In this document: one piece after another, positions 36,606 to 47,077 of the stretch
How positions within the stretch are numbered: the first letter of the stretch is position 1
Layout: every line of letters starts with the position of its first letter
Source of the DNA: Camelus ferus
Lineage: Eukaryota
Direction of reading: 5' to 3'
DNA length: 64,000 nucleotides
NCBI RefSeq assembly: GCF_009834535.1
Contig: NC_045697.1
Location: 105,898,001 to 105,962,000 of the forward strand
The notes under the pieces: generated by a model
The model's input: only the letters and a program-made list of their open reading frames with translations
What the model was told of the DNA's origin: nothing
Database searches by the model: none
Program-made: the position numbers and the translations under genes

Positions 36606-39261
36606 TGACTGGGCTGCCTGTGGCATAGCTTTGGCGTGACCCCAGTGCCACCCCATGACCTTCCTGCTTCCCCTCGGTTCAGAGCCAAGACTCCTTTTAT
36701 CTCAGAGAAGCTGGCTGTCTATAAGTGAGAAAGGAGAGCCTCATTTTATTGCAGTGTTTGTGCTTAAACATCTGTGCAGGCAGGACGGGACGAGTGACCG
36801 TTCTGCCAGTCTTGGTTCTTCTTTAGAATTTTATCCGGGGTAACATGGTATTCCAATTTCTTGTTTCCTAGCAGAAGCCTTCTTTCCTAGCTTTCTCCTC
36901 CCCTGTCGGCTGACCAGTGGGGGTCCCTCCACTGGCCCCTTGCCACTCTCTCTTTCTTCCCTCCTTCTTTTGTTCTTTCACCCACTGTGCAATTAGTGCC
37001 ATCAGATCCTTAATAAGCCAATTGAGTCCCACCCACATAGCTATTTTGCTCCTAATAAATCAATTCAGCTCTCATTGAGGAGACTGTCATGTTTACAACA
37101 TCACAGTCAGTAGCTACATACTTCTGTAAGAAATAAGATGCTAAGGAGTATTTTTAGAATAAAACTTCATCTTTCTTTTTGTTGTGTAAGGGCTGGTGGT
37201 TGTGCTGCTGTTGCTAGGATTTCCTTGTCTTAACCAGAGGCTTGAGAAGATGGCTTAACAGTCATTTACAATATTTGTTTCATGGAAGGGGAGTGAATAG
37301 ATAAAAGTCCACAGAGCTCTGTTTATATTGGGTACAAGGGATTTGAACAAGGCTGGAACAGTCCTTTTGTGGTGACACTTCTCAATGATTTCCCTTCCAC
37401 CATCCCATTGGGTTGGGTGGACCCCATTAAAGAACATAATATCAAAAGTTTATCTTCAAATGACCTTGAGTTGGTGGGAATTATCACTACCTATCCAATC
37501 TTTTTTTTTCTTCAGCCATAGTAGCAGGGTTATTAAATTCAAATTTGAAACTTAAGTTTCCAAAAATTCCCATAGCTCTACCCTAGAATAGAGAAGGTTT
37601 TGGAACCACACATATAAACTGAAATTTAGAGACTCTCCTTAGTAGCACTAATGAATAAATAATGTGGTCAGTTGCTCAAGTAACCCATTGATGAAATCCC
37701 TAAAGTGAGAAGTTGATGCTTGTGCTTTTCTCTACATTTTCAATCAGTTGGGCTCAGTCCTGGGAGCCAGTACACGCCTCCTAGACCATTATTAGGCTAC
37801 TGTTTTAAAGGAAATGGCATCAAAGCTTGATCTACTCTAGGAAGAGTGTCAAAATGGCAAATGAATAAGAAGTCCTGACATATAAGAAGTAATAAGGGGT
37901 ATTGACATATTTGTTTAGAAAAGGGAAGAGTTGTTTGGGGACAGGGAGTCAGTCCTGTACTGAGAAAGACCAAGGCATGTTGGCTGATTTTAAGTACTTT
38001 AGTTTGTTCATGTGGAACAGGGACCAAACTTGTTCATCGTGACTTTAAGAACAGAATTTAGTGTCCATGAGTGAAAAAAGAGGCAGCCAGATTACAGTTA
38101 AATAAAATGTGAAATACTTTCTAAGAGCTACAGCTATAAGGAGATGGGAGATATTAAGTTCCTTGTCTCTAGGGATGTATAAGCAGAGACCAAGGTTACA
38201 GGCTACAGTGATGTTATTGTATTGGGTCTGGGGAAAGAGGATGGGAAATAACTCACATTTAAAGTTTCTTTCTATGAAAGACTACAGTTCTACGGTTGAT
38301 GTTCTCACTAGAAATATGATCTGTATTTGTTTGATGTTCTAGAAAAGCAGCTTGAGCTTAATAAAAAGGAGAGAGAGAGATCTGAGGGATGGCTCAGTGG
38401 TAAGTCCAGGTCTGACTGCAGTGGGCATGTGTCCTCCCCGCTGGTTTCTCAATCACAACAGTATAATTCCCTTCACTCTGCAAAAGTGCCCGAAAATCAG
38501 GACCTGTACATCTTGATATAGCATCAAATATTAGGCTACTATTTATTTTCCTAGAAACTGCTCAGCAAATTTGCATCCAGGATATGCCCAATTGAGTAAG
38601 GCAATAGCACTGGGTAAGTTTGGGTAACTTGTCTGAAAAGTCATTTTTGTTGGAGTACAATGGGATAGCTATTGTTTCATAACTTTTTCAAACAATTCAA
38701 AAATTGATGTAATCCATTATTAGGTAGAAGAAGCATGTGGATTTTTTTTTTAAAGCTACAACATTGTAAAGTACAAATTTATCTGAAAAGACATACCCAA
38801 CATTATGCATTCAGAATAACAAGAAGCTTTCTCCCTTTTGAGAATAGTCATGATTTTATTTTGCCTTCCTTTAGTTTTTAATCACTATCCTTCTTGTCTA
38901 AAAAGCAAATTAAATTGTCCCAGTGTTCAGCTCTTTGTTAATGAAATCTCTTTGCGAATTCCATTGTTAGCATGAAAATCTAATTTCGGGTTCTTAGTTA
39001 CACCCAATATTCTACCACAGATAACATCACAGCTATCAATTAATTGTATTCCTTTTATACTTTGGTTGCAATAAAGATAACAATTTACAGATTACCAAAA
39101 GGAAATTTTTGTAATCTTGGAAATATTAAGAAGTTTTCCCAGGCAGCTAAGTTCTGTTAGGATCTGTACACAGTCCTTGTACTATAAACAGAATAACATG
39201 TTTGCAACCTAAAGTGTCTCTATATTTCAGATAGAGAAAATTCTCATCTCTTTGAAATGTG

Positions 39262-39590
39262 TGTATTAGTTACCTTGTGCTAAGTTGGGCTGCAGTAACA
39301 AATGACTCCAAGTCATCTGTCGTTTAAAATAACAAATGTTTACGGCTTATTCTCATTGCATATTCATGTGGGTTGGCCCACCTGAAAGACTTCTGCTCCA
39401 TCTCTTTTTCATTTGTTGACCCAAGTTGATTGAACAGCCCAAATCTAGGATTGCTGGGCTCATGTCAGAGAGAAAAGAAAAGGTACATTGTCACTTCAAC
39501 TCACATTTCATTGACCAAATCAAGTCACAAGTGTGATGTCTGTCAATAGGGTAGAAACATACAGGGAGGAGCTGTGTAGATCTTTGGCTA
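39262..39590 (-). mobile_element. Old MLT1 (MLT1I/J-like) LTR
   Basis: tgtattagttaccttgtgctaagttgggctgcagtaacaaatgactccaa...tttaaaataacaaatgttta...ctcacatttcattgaccaaatcaagtcaca. Confidence 0.7.
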
Positions 39591-42359
39591 CTGAATGCAA
39601 AGCTAGGAGCATGAAAAGGCTATGTGACACATACCAAAAGTCACTGTGATCGAGTATGCCCTGGGAACATTTTATCTAATCTGCTTGACTCTTCACAACA
39701 ATTTGATTGATGGGATCAATTGAGGATTTATCCCAAGTGCCCAATATTTCATCATTTGTTCTTGTGTCCTTAGCTTTCGGTGACCTCAGATTATTTGCCT
39801 GTAGAATGACAGTTCAGTGCATTTTCATTGTGAATAATCAGGGAATTTGGTACTTTATGCAAGGTTTTCCTTTTTTTCTTTCCCCCCTTAAAGTAAGAGA
39901 ATACAGGACCACATGAAGCCGCCACATGTATTTATCTCATTAGCACTTCACAATAAATGGATATTAATTCATGTTACTATAAATTACAATGGAATGTCCA
40001 AGCTGCCATGGAATCACACCTCACGGCTACATGGATACCTGGAGAGTTGCTGGGGAGTAATGTGATTATCACAAGCAACACCAGGGAAATGATATCATTT
40101 GTTGCCTACTATAAAATGCTACCCATTTTTCTTAGACGCTTGGCAGGTTGAAATAAATTCTTTTAAAGTCAACTTATTTGATTAAAAAAAAAAGTCTTAC
40201 CATTTCCCCCTTCCCTTCCTCATCCAGAAACCTTTAAGAAACAGGTGTAAAAATCAGCAGGCACCTAAGCATGTTGAGGACTTTCTTGGAGAGAAATCTG
40301 TTAGGATTAGCTAGGATAGCAGTATTCTGAAGAGCACTGATAATATTGCTGCCCCAGTAATTTGTGGTTAGCTACCCTGATGTATGCTTTGGAATTTAAA
40401 TTATGATTAGATAGATAGATAGAGAAAGGAAGGAAGGGAACGAGGGAGGAAGAAAGAGAGAAGAGACAGAGAAAGGAAGAGAGAAAGAGGGTGAGAGCGT
40501 GTCATCAGAGAGCAAGATTATTTCAACTGGTGGTGTAGATTTTTCATAGCTAGATGCTGATATAAAGCTGATTTTTCTTCCTTTGTCAGAAAGTAACACC
40601 CGTTGACAGTGACGCTTACTTAAAACAATTTCCCACTAGAAGCCATCCCCTGGGAAAGGCCTCTTCCCTCTCCTTTGGCCATCCCACTAACCAGGCAACA
40701 CTGGCGCTGTATACAAGTAGGTATGTGGGTTGTCAGTAGATGCTAGATCGTACTCTGGATTATTATTCTGTGTCTGGATGCCCAGAACAGACAGATACCC
40801 TGGCTTCCTTTGAAACTATGTGTCCAAAAGCTTTTTGTCCCTCAGGAACCAGAACATTCATGTATTATCTCTTTTTTTCAAATTCCAAGGCACCACTGTG
40901 CATTTTCTACTACCTGTTTGCATATTATATTAACAAAACGTTGCATATTCTATTTAACAAAAATGCTCTTTTGAATTAAAACATAATAAGACAAAAACTA
41001 AAGAAATAGCTCGGTATGAAAAACCAAGCCCATGCATTCATGGGCTCACCACTGAATTACAATTTCACAATTATACATGTAATGTGTGGTTTTTTTTCCA
41101 TAACCAATCACTAAAATACCCTTGGGGTGAAGAGAACAAAGACAATACATCTAGTACAGCATCGTTACTGTCTTTGGATTTCTTCCCTCGATATTCAGGT
41201 GCCTCCTTGCAATTTCCCCATTGCTGAAACACCTCACATATTCTGCCCCCCAACTACTAACACATTTTTTTTTAAGTCTGGCGCCATCTTGATCAGTTCA
41301 TCTCCATGCTGACAGTGTCTCTTGGTATGAGATGAAAATTTTCTATATAAAAATTTTTACACAAAGTGACTTGTTTTTCTACTTGGGTGCACACATAATC
41401 ATTCTTCTTAATTATTTCAGCTGTCATGTCAATAATAGTTTTCAGCGACGAGAGAGACAACTAACTCTTCAGCCTCTAAAAACAAAATATGAGCCAAGCA
41501 CCTATAAGACATGTTTTCTGCTGTGATAGCAACACTGGTGGCCACACAATCATCCGTGCAGCCTGAAGTCTGACTTCAATTGGCCCTTTCTGTCTGCTGT
41601 TCCTGTTTTAAAGGAAAGTTTCAGGAGTCTTTTATTAGTGAAATTTATCCCTTTAGCCTAAGAAAAGATGTGGCTGTCAAAGGAAATTGTTCACATTTTT
41701 AAAAGTAATTTTGCATGGAAAACACTGATTCTATCCTATGTGCGTGATAATTTACCTTTGCCTTATAAGGGCTCAAGAGAAAATGTAATCCTGTGCCACA
41801 GGGAAGTTCAGAGATTTCACGCTGAACGTTCACATAACTAGAAATAGAGTCAGACTTTGAATTTTCTTATCCCTATAGTATGGTCTAATATGCTCAAGGA
41901 AATAGGCTTTTATCTAGGAACAAAGTGAAAATGGGAGAACATTAGTTCTATGAGTGAGAGATCGGAATACATCCCTTTTCCTGCAATATCATTGTTGAAA
42001 ACAATAAGTTCAGGATTGTTGCATTCATTGACTAGTAATGATACACATACAAAATCTCCTTTATCTTTTTTCTTTTTTTTTTTTTTTGAACATTTCCATT
42101 GTTAGAATACACCTATTTCAAGTGATGGTGACATTTTTGAGTATGGAGAATAGATTGTTTGAATTGTAAAAGTACGGCTTCTTAATGATGAAACACTAAG
42201 GAGAATGGCGTTATCTTTTTCTCAGACCTCCTCAGTTTGTAGAGCAGAACATATGCTAACATGCTTGCTTGTTTGTTATATTATAGAGGATTGTCACAAA
42301 TAATTAGATGATGGTGAGCTACTGTTAATAATTCCATTATCAGCTTCACATCTCGTAAT

Positions 42360-43500
42360 TCAATCTGAGATATACCCTGCAGGTAGAGTGGATATAGGCT
42401 TTGGCTGGTGGACTTGAACATAGGTTGTGAGAGAAAGCAAAGTGTCAAGGATAACTCCAAAATTGAGCATCTGGGTGAATGGACACATGAAGGAGCTGGA
42501 TGTGGGGCAGGAGGATATCCACAATTCTGTTGTGTATCTGTTAAGATGCTGAGTGAACAATTGGATATACACGTCTGGGACTCAAAAAAGAGGCTGGAGG
42601 TAGAGCTTTATCAGAAGAAAGTACTGCTTAAAAGATGAGATTGGATGGACTCAGAGAAGGAAGAGGGGGTAGAACTGAAGAGAAGCATCTGAGGACTGAA
42701 GGAAAGAAGCAATCAGGAAGGAAGGAGAGAGAGGAGGAGGCAAAATGTCAACATTACTTCAAGAAGTTTTGCCATAAAATGGATCAGAAATGGGTGGAAG
42801 GTGGAAAGCAAATCTGGTGTCAAGGGAGAGGCTGCTTTTTAAGATGAGAGACATTATTTCATGTCTGTCCACTGATGAAAATCATCCAATAGAAGAGAAG
42901 AAATTAAAGAAGAAAGCGGGATTCAATGCAAGAGAAAGGTTTTGCTTATATAAGAGGGGATAGGAATACGGTGCACAAGTGCGGGGGTTGGTCTCATAGG
43001 GAGGGCAGAGACACCTCATTCATCATGTGGGAAGAAAGGCCGAGTTCATGGTGACAGATGCAGGTAGAACAGCTTTCGTGCTGGGAAGATGAGGACACAG
43101 GCTTCTGGTTGCTTCCAACGTCTAGGTAAAACATCTAACAAGTTTTATCAGCTGAGAAGGAGGATTGGAGATATGTTTGCGGAAAAAAGAATGATTGAAA
43201 TAGTTTTAAAAGGCAAACTGACAAGACAAATAAGATTCCTGGGCAATACTTCTGACTCACTTGAGGTTGTGTTCGTAATTTTGAAACAAGACCAGTCATC
43301 ATGACTATGGACATTTTTTAAGTCACTTTCTACTCTGAGGATGCATTTTTAACTGTGGTTGATGTTTATTATTATATATTATATATTATGTGAAATGATG
43401 GGGGGAAGAATGGCAATGTTGTTGAGGGGATTTTCAAAAGAAAGATTATAGTGAAAGACCAAAATGGACCATATGAATTGAAGCTTGGCAAGAAAAGACG
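42360..43500 (-). mobile_element. L2 (internal portion)
   Basis: gtgtcaaggataactccaa...ttggatatacacgtctggga...caacattacttcaagaagttttgccataaa...gaaaatcatccaatagaagag is antisense L2. Confidence 0.75.
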
Positions 43501-43529
43501 GAAGTTGTGAGTTGTGTGGTGGATAAATG

Positions 43530-44040
43530 GTCCCAAAATTGAATTCATAAGCTCTCTCTCCAGACCTAATACCTGAGTTTTATTTTCTCCTCAGTGATGG
43601 CTCACCTAGTTCCCTGAGCCAGGAATCTGGAAATCATCCTATATTTCTATTGCTTTTAAATCCCCAATCAAATTCTATCAAGTCGATCTCATATTTTTCA
43701 AGTCTATTTTCTTTTCTTCTTCTCTCTGCTTGAACTTCCTATGGTTATGTTCTTTGGTCACTCACATGGATGTTGCAGGATATTCCAAACTGGTTCTTTT
43801 ATTCCTTTGCAGACTTTCACCTCATTGATCCATGAGCCGCAGTTACCAGAATGATTGTTAAGATCTGATCATATTACCTCTCTACTTAAAAATATACATT
43901 GTCTCCAAATATCCTGCAGAATAAAGTCCAAAACCTTTAAATGACAGAAGAATAATGGTAGTTAATAATGGGTCTTCAATAGCTGCTATGTGCCAAACAC
44001 TGAGCTAAGCTCAAGGAATCCTTGTACAGTCTCAGGGACA

Positions 44041-44082
<42 letters not shown>

Positions 44083-44570
44083 CATTCCATAGAGATACTA
44101 TGTTACAGATAAAAAAATGGAAGGAAAAAAACATTAGGAAACTTAAACAAGGTAATACTTGGAAGTGGAAGAGTCATAGTTTGGACACAGGTCTAAGTCC
44201 AGAATGTGCTGTCATGACTATAAGACAATACTGTCTGATTATAAGGCTTGGGATAATCTGAGACTTGCTTATCATTCAAATTTGTCTCTTACCCCCTTGG
44301 ATTGACCTTCTTCCATAAAAGCCAGATTCATACTCCTTTCCTGTATTTATACATCCTCTTGTGCTTAGAATGCTTTCCCCAAATGTCCCTCCTTCTCCTC
44401 AACTTCATACACTACCCATCTTTTGTTGAAACATCATGAATTGATTTATGATTCACTTCCTTTTCTGAGGGCTCTGGGTAGAATGGATATTTTTTCCATC
44501 CCCCATTCAGCCTTCTATTATTGTGTCACTAATATTTTGTTGCACTTTTCTGTTTATCTGTTCATGTCTT
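43530..44570 (+). mobile_element. L2 3' portion interrupted by an antisense MIR (about 43955-44215)
   Basis: gagccaggaatctggaaatcatcct...ccagaatgattgttaagatctgatcatattacc...gcagaataaagtccaaacc; MIR part gctgctatgtgccaaacactgagctaagc. Confidence 0.65.
44041..44082. repeat. (ATTG)10 tetranucleotide microsatellite
   Basis: Direct reading; perfect repeat. Confidence 0.95.
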
Positions 44571-44988
44571 TATAATGGGCTAAATTGTGTTCCCACTGTC
44601 AATTCATATGATGATGTTCTAACCTTTGGTTTCTCAGAATGTTAAGTATTGGGAGATAAAGTCCTAAAGAGGTGATTAAGTTAAAATGAGACCATTAGAG
44701 TGGACTCTAATCCAATCTGATGGGTGTCTTCATAAGAAGAGGCAATTTGGGCAACCAGAGAGATGCCAGAAGTGTGGTCACAAACAGAGCAAAGTTCATG
44801 TAGATCTTGTGAGGACAGAGTGAGAAGATGGCCATCTATAAGCCAAGGAAAAAGGACTCCAAAGAAACTCGACCTGCAACACTCCATCATGGACTTGCAG
44901 CCTCCAGAACTGAGAGAAAATGATCTTTTGTTGTTTAATCCACTCAGCCCATGATATTTTGTTATGGCAGCTCTAGCAAACTAATACA
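44571..44988 (+). mobile_element. MaLR solo LTR (MLT1A1-like)
   Basis: tataatgggctaaattgtgttccc...gaggtgattaagttaaaatgag...gaagatggccatctataagccaagg...cagcctccagaactgagagaaaat...gttatggcagctctagcaaactaataca. Confidence 0.9.
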
Positions 44989-45120
44989 GATGCTCTACCC
45001 TTAGCCTGCAGGGCAAGAACTAATCTTATCTGTCTCATTAACCCTTAGGATTCTTCTCCTGTAGCCTCCTCCACCCTGTACCCAATTCCTTTCTGACTCA
45101 TGTTTCAGATATTCAATACT

Positions 45121-45365
45121 TTTTTTTAATAGCAGTTTATTGGGTTTTTTTGCGTTATAATCAGTTTACAATGTTGTGTCAATTTCTGGTGTACAGCACA
45201 CTGCTTCAGTTATACATGAATATACATATATTCATTTTCATATTCTTTTTCACTGCAAGCTACTACAAGATCTTGAATGTATTTCGCTGTGCTATGTAGT
45301 ATAAACTTGTTTATCTATTCTATATATACTGTCAGTATCTGCAAATCTCATACTCCCAGTCTATC
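45121..45365 (-). mobile_element. Short lineage-specific L1 3' end with TSD caatact
   Basis: cagtttacaatgttgtgtcaatttctggtgtacagcac...gctgtgctatgtagtataaacttgtttatctattcta resembles the 3' UTR of the L1 at 7579-8434. caatact at 45114-45120 and 45366-45372. Confidence 0.88.
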
Positions 45366-45633
45366 CAATACTCTTTACCAGATGCCTAAAAAAAATCGTT
45401 GAGAATGACTGTGCTTACAGGCAGGAATAAATTATGGGCCTCCTGAATGTGGTCTGCAGCCATTTCATTTTCCGAGGTCAAAGGGGAATCCTTTTGTACC
45501 ATTCATTTTCACACCTCTTCTTCCACATGTTACTGAGGGTGATTGTTGTATCAGAGGAAATTTGGCAGAGCTTGTAAAACACAAACAGAACTGCAGTGAT
45601 TTGCTTGCCAAAAAGGTAAACAGATGCCCATAC

Positions 45634-45788
45634 CTCTTGACTTTGCTCTCCAGAGTCATCACATTCAAATTTGGCGCTTTCAGAGGTATACTGACCAGGG
45701 CAATGTCACTGCAGGTGTCGTCAGACGTTGAGCTCCTACTTCTTAGTGTGGCCAGCGTCAGAGTTATCTCTCCCTTTTCAAATGCTTC
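45634..45788 (-). other. Candidate internal exon (155 nt) of an unidentified transcript
   Basis: Acceptor cttctttttctcttcattaag| and donor GAG|gtatgg; one open frame EAFEKGEITLTLA...TLESKVK. No recognised homology. Confidence 0.25.
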
Positions 45789-47010
45789 CTTAATGAAGAG
45801 AAAAAGAAGTGCGCTTACCTGCCAGGACATTTGCAAGTTTTCACAGTTTCAGTTAAAATATTCCAACTTAATATTGGTATACGTTAGCAAATAGCAGCCT
45901 ATCTAACCAGGATACAGTGAATGCAGTTACCGAAATATTTGGCGTACACAACATGTAAAGCCAGCATCACTTTACAGAGGGATTCTGTTCCTTATACACA
46001 GAACTGTGATTTCAGTTTGCCTTGATTTCTTGGTTAAAAAAAAAAAAATTCTTAGCAAACAATTATTTTAGCTTTCAGAATAGCCACCGTTCTGGCTTAA
46101 GTGAGAAGGGGGGAAAAAGAGTTGATTTTTGCACTTTGTAAGGCTCCGATATCTTGCTAAACCCTGAGGGCCTTGAAAGGACTCAAATTGGATTTTGAAC
46201 CACTTTTATGACCATGTCTTCATTTCTCCTTAATGGTACACCTAAAGTCACAGGGCCTTGTTTCTTCACCAGGAAACTTCAGACCGGTTTGATAACTTTG
46301 GAATGACCTTAATCAGCTCATTGAACAGACAGACCTTTTGCAGTAACTAAAAGAATGACCAAGTGTGATTTTGATTTTTTTTTCCCAGAGATTGAGTTGG
46401 GGCTAGGAAGAAGAGTGCACTGATGCAGGAAAACCTTTCCTATTCAAACAGGAGCACACTTACCAACCTCGCAGGGCGCTGTGGAGCTGAGTGAGCAGAG
46501 ACAGCCTGGAAGCCTCTCTTGCCCCCCAATTCTTTTTGTCAAACTCCTCTCCCCTGTCTGACTTTTATTTTTCAGCCTTCTATTAACGATTTCTATAAAA
46601 TCCCTTATACTGCAATTTTCTTTCCAACCCAAAAAAATCTTATTAGGGGCTCATGATTCCATAGTCCTCACTATTGGATTCTCCACACTCCCGGTCCCAC
46701 CGTCGGCACTTCCTTTCTTCTGGCTCTGTGGAATTTGCTTTTTCCCACAAATCTACCTCCCTCTCTGGGCCCACTCTTCCCTCTCTCCTGGTCCCTGAGG
46801 GAGGAGCAGGGAATGGATGAGAAGGGACTCAAAAGACCAGAAGATGAATGGTCTCATGATAGAAAGTCCTGTGGTATCATGACTCCATCAGTGTTTTGAT
46901 CTTCGGCTAACCCAGAATTTACTACCCTGATTTAGAACATGCTATTCTTTGAATTGGGTTGTTTGGAAACTGTGCAAACCACACCTCCCAACTGTATAGA
47001 GACATCTTAC

Positions 47011-47077
47011 CTTTCTTTTCTTATCTTTGTACAGAATCTCCATAAACTTTGTTGAAGTGTCCCTATGGCCTCTGTAC
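47011..47077 (-). other. Candidate internal exon (67 nt) of an unidentified transcript
   Basis: Acceptor ctctctcttttgtgtcctgatatttaaatag|, strong donor AAG|gtaaga, purine-rich body. Confidence 0.3.

Noticed and set aside
44705..44720. DUX-like motif TAATCCAATC in the MLT1A LTR
   Set aside because: Lacks the terminal A of the consensus and is a generic feature of this LTR family.
45634..45680. Resemblance of NLNVMTLESKVK to a remembered IQCJ segment (LESKVK)
   Set aside because: Only a short word matches; the rest of the exon is dissimilar and no IQ-motif exon was found.
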